64,000 nucleotides of DNA from Candidatus Omnitrophota bacterium (lineage in GTDB: Bacteria > Omnitrophota > Gorgyraeia > Zapsychrales > JANLHA01), in contig JAKLFA010000001.1 of NCBI GenBank assembly GCA_022711395.1, positions 3,277 through 67,276 of the forward strand, read 5' to 3'. Numbering within the stretch: the stretch's first letter is position 1; every line of letters starts with the position of its first letter. Below, piece by piece: positions 20,029-30,557 of the stretch. The notes below the pieces were generated by a model. That model saw nothing but the letters and a program-made list of their open reading frames with translations. It was not told the DNA's origin and made no database searches. The translations under genes were made by a program, and so were the position numbers.

Positions 20029-21945
20029 ATGGAGCGCAAGATTGTTGTACGGGGTCTGATCATTTTTTTTCTTTCCTTGAATATTGTCGGTCTTCTTTAT
20101 CTGCATTTATATTCTGGCGCCGAGCGGCTTATCCGTCAGGCTGAAGAATCCTCTTCTCAGGGCGACCAGCATCAAGCGGTTGAACTCTTGAGCAAAGCGC
20201 TGAACATTCAGAAAAGCGCCAAAACGTATTATCTGCGCGCGGTCGCGTATAAGGATATGCGGGATTGGGAGCGTTCCATTGCGGATTATAAATCAGCCAT
20301 CGCTTTGGAGCCGGATTTCGCCCTGGCTTACCGGCGGTTGGGCTATGTGTATGATGTGACAGGACGTCTTGAGGAGGCATTCAAAAATTATCAAAAGGCG
20401 GTTGAGCTTGACCCGGGCGATCCCAAGGCGCAGTATAACCTGGGGCTTGCTTATTATTTGAAAGGAGATTGGCAGCAGTCCGCAGACCATTATAAAAAAG
20501 CCCTGGACTTAGAGCCTAAGTTCAGTGATGCCTGGCATAATCTGGGAATCGTGCAGGACAAGTTAGGAGATAAAGAAGAGGCGGTCCGGTGTTATGATCA
20601 AGCGATCGAGATCGATTCGAATAATTTTCAATATTATGATGCCCGTTCCCGGACGCTCAAGGACCTCGCACGGATGGATGAGGCTTTTTCGGATGTGAAT
20701 CGATCGATCGAGCTGAATCCTGATTATTTTGAGTCGCGGATGAACCGGGGGCATTATTATTTTTTGAAGGGCGATTATGCCAGTTCATCCAAAGACTATG
20801 AGCTCGCATCCCAACTGGACCCGGGGAACGTGATGGCTTGGGTGATGAAAGCTGAGATCGACCGTGTGACAGGCAATTATATCGGCGCCGAAAAAAATTT
20901 AAAGCGCGCCCATCAACTTGACCCAGTCAATCCACGGCCGGTCTATGATCTGTATCGCGTGTATTATGCTTTAGGTAAATACCATATGGCATTAGCGTAT
21001 CTTGATTACCTTGAGAAGATGAACCCCGAGATCACGTCGGACCGTCTCCATTGGAAAACGCTGGTAAACTATAACCGTGGATTGGTCATGGAACGGCTGG
21101 GGTATCCTGATGCGGCTCTTGAGAAATATAATCAGGTGATCAAGGAGTTCCCGGAGTATGGCGAGTCTTATACGGCCAGGGGTCGCATTGCTTACGGAAA
21201 ACAGGATTATGAAGCAGCTGTTGAAGATATCAGTAAAGGGATCGAACTTGGGACAAGCGACGTGGACCATGCCCTCTGGTATCGGGCCAGCTCCCTGTAT
21301 TATCAACAGCAGTGGCAGCGCGCGCTTGATGATATCAAAGCGCGTTCTGATCAGAATGACGAGGAACTAAATGCTTTGCGTAAGGAGATCGAAGAATACG
21401 TGCTTCCCGGATTCAGTGGTGAGCGCAAAGAATACTATGATGACGGCGCGTTGCGTTCTGTGATGCCTTACAAAGAAGGCCTTCCTGACGGGGAAAGCCG
21501 GATGTTTATGCCTGATGGAAGTTTGATGGTCACGATGGAAATGCGTAAAGGCAAGCGCAACGGAAAGACCGTTTATTATGGGCCCGACGGCCAGACATTT
21601 GAAATGGTGTTCGAGGATGATAAGCCGGTGGGGACGGGTGCCGGTGGAGAGGACCCAGGGTGTCCTTTTGCGGATAAGGAAACATCCAAGGCGGTCGGTT
21701 ACAATAATCAGGCGTATGAGCTTTTTTTGAAGCGCGAACATTTACAAGACGGGCTGGACCTGATCGAGCAGGCCCTGGCGATCGATCCCGGCGACCCGAC
21801 TTTTTTAAGCACGAAGGCTGAGCTGCTTTATGCCCTGGGGCGCCACCCTGAGGCGTTGGAGTGCATCCAAAAGGCTTTGCAAAAGAATTCTCAGCACGCG
21901 GCTTTTCAGGAAGACCTGCAGATGATCGTTGAAGCGCTGGAGTGA
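20029..21945 (+). CDS. TPR-repeat protein with internal MORN/YwqK-like repeats, N-terminal TM anchor
   Basis: Many 34-aa TPR units (AxxYxxLGxxY...). The block YYDDGALRSVMPYKEGLPDGESRMFMPDGSLMVTMEMRKGKRNGKTVYYGPDGQ resembles MORN-variant repeats. Confidence 0.7.
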   Translation: MERKIVVRGLIIFFLSLNIVGLLYLHLYSGAERLIRQAEESSSQGDQHQAVELLSKALNIQKSAKTYYLRAVAYKDMRDWERSIADYKSAIALEPDFALAYRRLGYVYDVTGRLEEAFKNYQKAVELDPGDPKAQYNLGLAYYLKGDWQQSADHYKKALDLEPKFSDAWHNLGIVQDKLGDKEEAVRCYDQAIEIDSNNFQYYDARSRTLKDLARMDEAFSDVNRSIELNPDYFESRMNRGHYYFLKGDYASSSKDYELASQLDPGNVMAWVMKAEIDRVTGNYIGAEKNLKRAHQLDPVNPRPVYDLYRVYYALGKYHMALAYLDYLEKMNPEITSDRLHWKTLVNYNRGLVMERLGYPDAALEKYNQVIKEFPEYGESYTARGRIAYGKQDYEAAVEDISKGIELGTSDVDHALWYRASSLYYQQQWQRALDDIKARSDQNDEELNALRKEIEEYVLPGFSGERKEYYDDGALRSVMPYKEGLPDGESRMFMPDGSLMVTMEMRKGKRNGKTVYYGPDGQTFEMVFEDDKPVGTGAGGEDPGCPFADKETSKAVGYNNQAYELFLKREHLQDGLDLIEQALAIDPGDPTFLSTKAELLYALGRHPEALECIQKALQKNSQHAAFQEDLQMIVEALE

Positions 21946-22020
21946 ACGCGGGATCTGGCGGTCGAGCGGTATTGATCCAGAGCTGGGCCATTGTTTATGA
22001 TTTGGAAAGGAGATCGTTTT

Positions 22021-22662
22021 ATGACGAAATGGGTCTTGGTCTTTTTGCTGGCGGCCTGGTCGGCGCCGGCCTGCGCATCAGAGGCGGTTGCGGTCTGCCA
22101 GGAGCTTACGCTCGAGGTCCAGGGTAGGGGTTTCTATGAGCGTGAGATCGATTCTTGCGACGGGATCAAGAATTGTCATGAGCGCCCGGATGGAAGTTTT
22201 TATTATGAAGTTCCTGATACGCGGTTTAAGGTGATCGAAGCGGAAGGCGGGGCTGAGTGCCCGGCTAAGGGGTCGCTTTTGGATATTTCGGAAGAAGTTT
22301 CTTCAGACCAGATACGGGCTTCGCTGGTCGCTATCACCTCTATGGGACCGGATGGCATCGTCAGCGGAATGATGCTGGACCATATTCGTCCCATGGACCC
22401 GCAGAGCCCGGTGAAAGAAGTTTCGTTGGCGTCTGTGACGCACATTGTTCCCTGTGGAAAAAAAGACACGACCATGGGAAGCGGCGCGTATGACGCTTGT
22501 TGTGAAGGATTGATGGCTGTGGGGGTTTTTGCTGAAGGCGAGACATCATGCGAGGAAAGGCAGCTTTCCGGAGGGTATGCCTGCGCGGCCTGCGGAGACG
22601 GCCTGTGCGAGGGGCCGTATGAGAACAGCTGCAGTTGCGTTCAGGACTGCCCCGGCCAATGA
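22021..22662 (+). CDS. secreted cysteine-rich protein
   Basis: Signal peptide MTKWVLVFLLAAWSAPACA. About 20 Cys, ending ...CSCVQDCPGQ. Confidence 0.5.
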   Translation: MTKWVLVFLLAAWSAPACASEAVAVCQELTLEVQGRGFYEREIDSCDGIKNCHERPDGSFYYEVPDTRFKVIEAEGGAECPAKGSLLDISEEVSSDQIRASLVAITSMGPDGIVSGMMLDHIRPMDPQSPVKEVSLASVTHIVPCGKKDTTMGSGAYDACCEGLMAVGVFAEGETSCEERQLSGGYACAACGDGLCEGPYENSCSCVQDCPGQ

Positions 22663-22663
22663 A

Positions 22664-23092
22664 TCAGCCTTTTTCGAACAGGGCCCTGACGCTTGGTTTC
22701 ATCAGGTAGTAGGCGATCGAGATGTTAAGAACGAAGAACGGCAGGACGGCCAAGGCGAGAATGATGGGGCTGAAACTGCCAAAAGAAGACCTCAGAGTTT
22801 CAATTGCCAGGAATTTTCCCCGGAATCCTTTCACGATCATCGAACATCCCGTATAGATGCAGACGGCAATGGTCGTCTTTCTTGCCGTCGGATTTAATTT
22901 GAAAACCCCGAACCCCAGCAAAGCAAAGATCGGCAGAACCGGCCAGCCGATCAGGAACAATTTTTTCCAAAGTTCGGCGGAGATCCCGTGTCCTCTTAGC
23001 AGAAAAAGCATTCCGTGGATCATGACAAGATGGATAGCCGGAAGAACGGCAACGACGACGCTTATGAGGGGGATCTTATTGGGGCGGTTCAT
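22664..23092 (-). CDS. small integral membrane protein (4 TM)
   Basis: Hydrophobic 142-aa ORF convergent with the preceding gene. Confidence 0.45.
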   Translation of the reverse strand: MNRPNKIPLISVVVAVLPAIHLVMIHGMLFLLRGHGISAELWKKLFLIGWPVLPIFALLGFGVFKLNPTARKTTIAVCIYTGCSMIVKGFRGKFLAIETLRSSFGSFSPIILALAVLPFFVLNISIAYYLMKPSVRALFEKG

Positions 23093-23103
23093 TGGTCAGT
23101 TTT

Positions 23104-24006
23104 TTACGGTTGTTTAAAGAGGATCGTTTTATAATCCTTGAAATCATAGGCCGAAATAGCCTCAAGGGCTAATTCTTTCAGGACGTCTTCATCAGGTTTA
23201 TCCAAAGGGTAGACCGTGCGGCCGTAATTATAATTAATGCGGTATTGGATCTCTTTCGCCACGAACTCCGGCCAGGCGAGGTCCTTGTAATCGATCGATT
23301 GTCCCCACTTGTCGTTCTTCATGCGCAGGTCTCCGAACATCTCGGTCATGTAGCGCTGCGCGTATTCGTCCTGCCCGATGGCCTGTCCGACTCCCAGCTT
23401 CAGGTCCTGGTAGGAAAACGTGTTCCTGATCCCAATACCGTTTCGGATATCGGCGAGGATCAAGACGATGAAATCTTTGGGGGCCTCAGCGCTGTCCTTG
23501 AGAAGGTCACCGTAAGAACGGCTGATGCTTGTCAGGATATTATTATGGAGCCGGGTGAATTGTTCTGTGTAGGATGAGGCATAGCCTTTGGACTGCGGGT
23601 AACTTTTTAAAACCTGGATATCATATTCGATCATGAATTGCTGATCAAGATATTGGACGTCTAAAAAGGAGACGGTCTTTTTAAAGCTGGCCTGGCGTTC
23701 GTTGACACTGGCCGAGCGGGCTGCCTGATAGACGAAGATGTCAAATTCGATGGGGACATAAATATAAAGGGTGTTCGTTAAGGGCGTGATGACGGCGTTC
23801 TGTTTGAGCTCTTCTTCAAAAAGCTGGACCAGCTTTTGGTTTGCTTCAGACAAAGTCGTGACCGGGGGCGTGACTTTGTAGCAGCCAGCAAGACACACGA
23901 CACAGGACACAAGACACACGATAAAGGTGCCTGTCACCTTTATTTTACGCTGAAAGCCGGGCCGGCCGGATGCCGTAGTTATCGAAAATTTGGACGATCT
24001 CATCAT
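23104..24006 (-). CDS. lipoprotein of unknown function
   Basis: Lipobox LAGC after a hydrophobic segment (…KIKVTGTFIVCLVSCVVCLAGCYK). The start is uncertain: ATG 24006 overlaps the 3' end of the FtsH-like gene by about 60 nt, and the alternative is GTG 23937. Confidence 0.4.
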   Translation of the reverse strand: MMRSSKFSITTASGRPGFQRKIKVTGTFIVCLVSCVVCLAGCYKVTPPVTTLSEANQKLVQLFEEELKQNAVITPLTNTLYIYVPIEFDIFVYQAARSASVNERQASFKKTVSFLDVQYLDQQFMIEYDIQVLKSYPQSKGYASSYTEQFTRLHNNILTSISRSYGDLLKDSAEAPKDFIVLILADIRNGIGIRNTFSYQDLKLGVGQAIGQDEYAQRYMTEMFGDLRMKNDKWGQSIDYKDLAWPEFVAKEIQYRINYNYGRTVYPLDKPDEDVLKELALEAISAYDFKDYKTILFKQP

Positions 24007-25627
24007 ATTCCAGTTCTTCTTTTTGCAAAAGGCGCTGCGCGAAATCTTCAAAAAGGTCCCGGTTGCGGCTCAAGGTCTCTTTCACTTCTTTCAGGCAGCT
24101 TTGCAGGATATCCTGAACGTCCTGTTCAAGGCGCGCCTTGGTCTGTTCTGATAAAATGGACGATCCTCCGCCAAAAGGTCCTGAATGGACCATGCTGCCG
24201 AAGTCCCCGATCAACCCCGAAGCCCCCATCCCGTAATGATAGACCATGGCGTAAGCATAGGTCATGGCCGTATGAAAATCGCTTCCCGGCCCGCCTCCAA
24301 CGCCGGCGCTGGTCGATCCGAATTTGAGAAGTTCGGCCGCGTAGCTTCCCAGCGCGACCTTGATCTCGGCCAGAAGGTCCTCTCTGCGTTTGGAATGCAA
24401 TTCTTCGACCGGCCGTTGCGAGACGAATCCGAGCATGCCTTTATGCGGGATGATCGTGGCCTTGATGACATCATTGGTCGGATGGCACAGATAGGCAATG
24501 ACGGCATGACCCGCTTCGTGGTAAGCGGTCCATTGTTTTTCTTTTGCTGTTAGAGTGATATTGCTCTTCATGCCGAACATGACACGGTCATAGGCCGTTG
24601 AAAGGTCTTTATTGGTGATCGCCGCCCGCCCGTCACGCATGGCGATCAAGCCCGCCTCACGGACCATGGCATCAATATCCGCTGGAGAAAACCACAAGGC
24701 TTTGCGGGCCAATAAGTTGGAGTCGATGTCTTCTGCGGCTTTAACGCGTTTGAGATAGAAATCAAAAAGGTCTTTGCGGTCTTCAAGATTCGGTTTTGAA
24801 ACGTGGATCTTGCGCTCGAACCGGCCGGCGCGCATGATCGCGGAATCGAGCTCGTTTTCAGGAACGTTCGTGGCCGCGATGACCACGATGTTGTTCTCGC
24901 TTTTGCGAAGGCCGTCCATTTCGGTCAAAAATTGATTGATGGTGGCATTACGATCCATCGTCCCGCCGAACCCCTGGTCGGCTTGCCGGGGCCGGGCGAA
25001 GGAGTCGATCTCATCGATAAAAACAATGCAGCCACCATGAAGTTCCGCCAGGGCGCGGCCCTCTTTAAAAAGGGATTTCATGCGCGCGGTCCCTACGCCG
25101 ATGAACATGCCGATAAATTCGCTTCCCGTCGCGGAGATGAGCGGCAGTCCGCATTCGGTGGCGATGGCTTTGGCAAGATACGTTTTGCCGCAGCCGGGAG
25201 GGCCGATCATGATGGTCCCTTTGATGATCTTTCCGCCGATCGCTTTGACCTTGGCGCGGTCTTTAAGAAGTTCCACCAGTTCCCAGGCCTCGGCTTTGGC
25301 CTCACGCATGCCGATGACCTCATCCCATTTGATATCGGTCCTGGCCAAAGAGATCTTGCTTTGTCCCATTTTGGCAAAACCGCCCTGCATGAAATAGAAC
25401 TGCAGGCCGATCATGATCGGGGTGGCGATCAACTGGACCAGGAGGAACATCGGCAGAAGAAGGGCCATTTGCCCCGAGATCTGACGGCGGCTGGAACGCT
25501 CCAATAAAAAGTAGTTTTCCATGCAGTAATTCACAAAAAAGACAGAAACGATAATAGCGGCCAGAAGAAACGTGAAGATCAAAATTCTCAACCAATAGAG
25601 CTTAAGGAAGATCAAAGCTTTTTTCAT
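23945..25627 (-). CDS. ftsH: FtsH-like ATP-dependent zinc metalloprotease (AAA+ and M41)
   Basis: Walker A GPPGCGKT, second region of homology, and HEAGHAV zinc motif. Unusually short at 560 aa, with only about 20 aa between its two TM helices (reduced periplasmic domain). Confidence 0.8.
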   Translation of the reverse strand: MKKALIFLKLYWLRILIFTFLLAAIIVSVFFVNYCMENYFLLERSSRRQISGQMALLLPMFLLVQLIATPIMIGLQFYFMQGGFAKMGQSKISLARTDIKWDEVIGMREAKAEAWELVELLKDRAKVKAIGGKIIKGTIMIGPPGCGKTYLAKAIATECGLPLISATGSEFIGMFIGVGTARMKSLFKEGRALAELHGGCIVFIDEIDSFARPRQADQGFGGTMDRNATINQFLTEMDGLRKSENNIVVIAATNVPENELDSAIMRAGRFERKIHVSKPNLEDRKDLFDFYLKRVKAAEDIDSNLLARKALWFSPADIDAMVREAGLIAMRDGRAAITNKDLSTAYDRVMFGMKSNITLTAKEKQWTAYHEAGHAVIAYLCHPTNDVIKATIIPHKGMLGFVSQRPVEELHSKRREDLLAEIKVALGSYAAELLKFGSTSAGVGGGPGSDFHTAMTYAYAMVYHYGMGASGLIGDFGSMVHSGPFGGGSSILSEQTKARLEQDVQDILQSCLKEVKETLSRNRDLFEDFAQRLLQKEELEYDEIVQIFDNYGIRPARLSA

Positions 25628-25759
25628 AACTATATCTCCATGAAATATTTAGGATATTACGAATAGAAGTATAACAAAAGACTATTCGGGCGTAAAGGGG
25701 AAAAATGAGAGAGCAAATATTTTACTGTTAAAAGAGAAAGTATTATATATACTTAAATT

Positions 25760-26269
25760 ATGAAAACCACGCAAGGCTTTACTCTTTTGGAACTCATTAT
25801 TGTGATCATCATTGTGGGCGTTCTGGCTTCTATAGCGCTTCCCAAGCTGTTTAGCGTGGTTGAAGGTTCGCGGGCGGCAGAGGCCTTGGCGGCTATTTCA
25901 AGTATCCGCTCATCCATGGAACGGTGTTATCTCATGAGTAATGGAACTTATTTTGGATGTCAAATTAATACATACGCTCCCACGAATGATTCGTTGGACA
26001 TTGAGAATCCCGAAAAATCTCCCGGGGCGCACTTTCGTTACCTTGTAACCTCAGGAGCTCCTTTTACCAGGAACGATTATGTGATCATCAGCATACGGAA
26101 TGCTGTGGACGGGGGCACCCATCAGGGGAAAATGATCAATTTTGGGTTGGGCGCCCGCGCGAGGGTTAATGCGGATCAGGTCAGCTATACACTGGAGTAT
26201 GTGGGAGATGATAAGATCTATTGGGATGCGTCCGATATTTATAAAGGATTGATCCCGAAGTCTAATTAG
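25760..26269 (+). CDS. type IV pilin-like / pseudopilin protein (class III signal peptide)
   Basis: MKTTQG|FTLLELIIVIIIVGVLASIALPK shows prepilin peptidase site G|F with Glu at +5. C-terminus ...IYWDASDIYKGLIPKSN. Confidence 0.75.
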   Translation: MKTTQGFTLLELIIVIIIVGVLASIALPKLFSVVEGSRAAEALAAISSIRSSMERCYLMSNGTYFGCQINTYAPTNDSLDIENPEKSPGAHFRYLVTSGAPFTRNDYVIISIRNAVDGGTHQGKMINFGLGARARVNADQVSYTLEYVGDDKIYWDASDIYKGLIPKSN

Positions 26270-26387
26270 TCATTTCATTTTACTGCGGATATGAAGTCCG
26301 CCTGCTTTGGCAGTTATCTGGAACAAACTTTTGAAAAGTTTTTCGAAAAATAAAAAACTTCCAATACAATTCATGTATATTCATAGA

Positions 26388-26876
26388 ATGCGAACAAAAA
26401 CCGGATTTACATTATTAGAGCTTATCATTGTGATCGTTATTGTTGGCGTGCTTGCTTCGCTTGCGCTTCCTAAGCTTTTCAGCGTGATAGAAGGGGCGCG
26501 GGCGGCAGAGGCCTTGTCCGCGATCGCCAGCATCCGTTCGGCCATGGAACGGTGTTACTTGATGAACAACGGATCGTATATGGGTTGTGCTTTTGGCCCC
26601 GGGTATAACTTTTTAACAATTGATGACCCCGGAACATCTCCTAACGCGCATTTTACATATAACATTCCTTTGGTAAGCAGCCTTTTTTACGTGATTATTG
26701 CGGACCGTAATGCTCTTGATGGGGGCGTTACGGTCGATCATCGGATCGTCATGGGATTTGGGATCCAGCCGCAGATGCAGCCAGGCGGCGGGACATCTTT
26801 GCTGGCGGGTGAAGAGGGAAAGATCTACTGGGATGCCTCACCAGCCTATAAAGGATTTGTTCCGAAGTCTAATTAA
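26388..26876 (+). CDS. type IV pilin-like / pseudopilin protein, paralog of 25760..26269
   Basis: MRTKTG|FTLLELIIVIVIVGVLASLALPK and the same C-terminal module (IYWDASPAYKGFVPKSN). Start moved to ATG 26388. Confidence 0.75.
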   Translation: MRTKTGFTLLELIIVIVIVGVLASLALPKLFSVIEGARAAEALSAIASIRSAMERCYLMNNGSYMGCAFGPGYNFLTIDDPGTSPNAHFTYNIPLVSSLFYVIIADRNALDGGVTVDHRIVMGFGIQPQMQPGGGTSLLAGEEGKIYWDASPAYKGFVPKSN

Positions 26877-26945
26877 CGGCTTGTTCGAGCCATCCTTTTT
26901 CTTGACTTTACCCTTTGGATATGATAATTTTGGCAAAGATTTTAA

Positions 26946-28265
<1,320 letters not shown>

Positions 28266-28376
28266 TTTTGATCATTTGACAGGAAAACGGAGGATGGAAG
28301 ATAGAGAACGGGTTTTAGCGTGTTTTGAGTTGTTTTCCGTTTTCCATGCTCCGTATTCCATTTTCCTGAAAAAAGT

Positions 28377-28667
28377 ATGTGGAAAAACCCATTCATTCTA
28401 TTTTTGCTCGCAGTCGGCCTGTTTTTGATCTTTTTGCCTTCGTATCAGAAGATGCAGGATCTTAAGACGGCCAATGCTGATTATGAGCAGCGCATTCGCG
28501 AACTGATGGAAGAGAATCAGGTCTTGGCGGAAGAAAAACGCCTGTTGCTTGAAGATCCCGTTTATTTGGAAAAAGTGGCCCGTGAAAAAATGGGATTGAT
28601 CCGTGAAGGAGAGGTCATTTATAAAATTGAACCTCAAACAAGCACTGCGGAAACACAAAAGCAGTGA
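28377..28667 (+). CDS. ftsB: septum formation initiator family protein (FtsB/DivIC-like)
   Basis: Single N-terminal TM segment followed by a coiled coil (QRIRELMEENQVLAEEKRLLLEDPVYLEKVAREKMGLI). Confidence 0.7.
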   Translation: MWKNPFILFLLAVGLFLIFLPSYQKMQDLKTANADYEQRIRELMEENQVLAEEKRLLLEDPVYLEKVAREKMGLIREGEVIYKIEPQTSTAETQKQ

Positions 28668-28690
28668 GAGTTTGAAACTGATAAAAATGA

Positions 28691-28720
28691 AAAGGCGCCT
28701 ATTAAGGCGCCTTTTTTGTT
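28691..28720. terminator. bidirectional Rho-independent terminator between convergent ftsB and rubrerythrin genes
   Basis: aaaaggcgcc-ttatta-aggcgcctttt. A perfect GC-rich stem flanked by A-run and T-run on each side. Confidence 0.8.
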
Positions 28721-28740
28721 TACCGTGTTTTCAATTTGAG

Positions 28741-29280
28741 CTAAATTGTGATATCCATATCCGCCGGTTCGAAATATTCCATCGGATGCTTGCAGGCGAT
28801 GCAGATCTTTGGCGGCTGCGTGCCTTCATGGATGAGGCCGCACTTCATGCATCTCCAGCGGATCGGTTGTTCACGTTTGAAAACGGTCCCGCCTTCGACC
28901 ATTTTTAAGAGGGCGCGAAACCGTTTTTCATGTTCGGCCTCAACCCTGGCGATCTGCTTGAACTGGACAGCGACATCGCGGTGGCCCTCCTCTTCCGCCT
29001 CTTTGGCGAACGTCGGGTACATGGTCTGTGTTTCGTAGCATTCCCCTTCAATGGCGCATTTAAGGTTGGCGGCGGTATTGCTGATGCCTTTGAGCAGCTT
29101 GAATTCCTCTTTGGCGTGCTGGACTTCATTTTCGGCTGTTTCTTCAAAGATCTTCGCGATGTAGTGAAGCCCTTCTTCGCGCGCGGCTTTCGCGAAATAC
29201 GCGTATTTGTTGCGCGCCTGTGATTCGCCGGCGAAAGCGGCTTTCAGATTGGCTTGTGTTTTAGGGCCAAGTTCTGCCAT
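28741..29280 (-). CDS. rbr: rubrerythrin
   Basis: MAELGPKTQANLKAAFAGESQARNKYAYF ferritin-like diiron domain plus a C-terminal rubredoxin-like CxxC...CxxC (CMKCG...CIACKHP). AGGAGG RBS 6 nt before ATG 29280. The ORF-track start 29370 lacks an RBS. Confidence 0.85.
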   Translation of the reverse strand: MAELGPKTQANLKAAFAGESQARNKYAYFAKAAREEGLHYIAKIFEETAENEVQHAKEEFKLLKGISNTAANLKCAIEGECYETQTMYPTFAKEAEEEGHRDVAVQFKQIARVEAEHEKRFRALLKMVEGGTVFKREQPIRWRCMKCGLIHEGTQPPKICIACKHPMEYFEPADMDITI

Positions 29281-29486
29281 GGGAACCTCCTGTGTTTTGG
29301 GGGCAAACATTGATAAAATCCGTTCCAAAATTGGATGGGCGATATTATAACATGTGAAGAATCGAGACACAAGATGAACGGAGAAAGTATGAAAAAGGGC
29401 AGGAATAAGAATGACAGAGCCCGTTATTTTTTGTTATAATCGGGCGTTCAGCGCACTTTCAGGTATTCTTCGAATACGTTTATGAA

Positions 29487-30557
29487 TTGCGGAAAATGAA
29501 ATATTCCAAATTTAAAACCATTCTGTTTTCCATATCCGCCATCGGTCTTTTTTTTGTCCTCATGGAGGTTTCTCTGCGGGGCATTTATTATCAAAAAAGC
29601 GAGTCCGAGCCTTTATGCGCCATGAAAGTTTACAAAAAGTTAAGGAAAGGACATTTTCAGCGTCTGGCCCAACGCCGAATGGAAGGCATGAATTTCGGCA
29701 AAGACCATTTACGGTTCTTGTATTCTGAAGTTGGAAAAGACCTGCTTGCGGAGCTCCAGGCAAGGTATGAGGGTGAATTTAAAAAATTGCGGGATGAGCT
29801 GGCCAGGGAGAATGTTCATTTGGTGATGCTGTATCTGCCGCATTACGCTTATTGGAACACGCACATGCCGGACTCGCGGGATTTCTTTAAAAGCCTGGCA
29901 GAACGATCCGGCGTGGATTTTATCGACATGACCGATGAGCTTTTTCTTTATGAGCCGGAAGAATTTTCCCTTCTGCCGGAAGAGAGGTATTTTTCGGCCT
30001 TTGGCAATCAGCTTGTCGCCGGGCGGTTATCGAAATATTTGCAAAATTTCTCGTCTCATCGCAGCACGCTCAAATTTGATAAACGGCCGGCATTATTCGG
30101 AGATGAAAAGCCCGGTTTTAATGACATTCATCCCTGGGACGATCATATGCCTTACATTCTGGAGGCCAACAGTCAGGGGCTGCGCATGGATTATGATCTG
30201 AGCTTTCCCAAAACACAGCAGCGGGTGCTTCTTCTGGGGGATGCTTATACCTATGGTCCGTATCTTGAAAATTTTGAAACATTTCCGGCAATCCTGGACA
30301 GGAGGCTGGAACATGCCGAAGTCATCAACGCCGGCTACGGAGGCTATACGATCTCTCACGAATCGTCACTGTATTTTGAGCGGGCAAAATATGTTGAACC
30401 TGATATTGTGATCCTTCAGGTGCTGGATAATGATCTTGAAGGGCTCGTCTACATTCATGAAAACCAATATGATCGTCATGGCAATGTTCGTGAGCCGACG
30501 TCGGCAGAGGCGTCTTTCATTAAAAAGGTTCACGCGCTGGGCAGGGGAAGGGAATGA
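29487..30557 (+). CDS. membrane-anchored SGNH/GDSL-like hydrolase-fold protein (AlgX/PatB-like?), paralog 1
   Basis: N-terminal TM segment. C-terminal RVLLLGDAYTYGPY...INAGYGGYTI...LQVLDNDLEG (GDS-type block with Ser in GDAY/GDSY). His-containing PHYAYWNTH upstream. Confidence 0.5.
   Translation: MRKMKYSKFKTILFSISAIGLFFVLMEVSLRGIYYQKSESEPLCAMKVYKKLRKGHFQRLAQRRMEGMNFGKDHLRFLYSEVGKDLLAELQARYEGEFKKLRDELARENVHLVMLYLPHYAYWNTHMPDSRDFFKSLAERSGVDFIDMTDELFLYEPEEFSLLPEERYFSAFGNQLVAGRLSKYLQNFSSHRSTLKFDKRPALFGDEKPGFNDIHPWDDHMPYILEANSQGLRMDYDLSFPKTQQRVLLLGDAYTYGPYLENFETFPAILDRRLEHAEVINAGYGGYTISHESSLYFERAKYVEPDIVILQVLDNDLEGLVYIHENQYDRHGNVREPTSAEASFIKKVHALGRGRE

Noticed and set aside
24803-25507. 234-aa plus-strand ORF antisense to the FtsH-like gene
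   Set aside because: Its Arg/Gly/Asp-rich composition is typical of reverse-frame translation of a GC-biased gene. The FtsH motifs on the minus strand are unambiguous.
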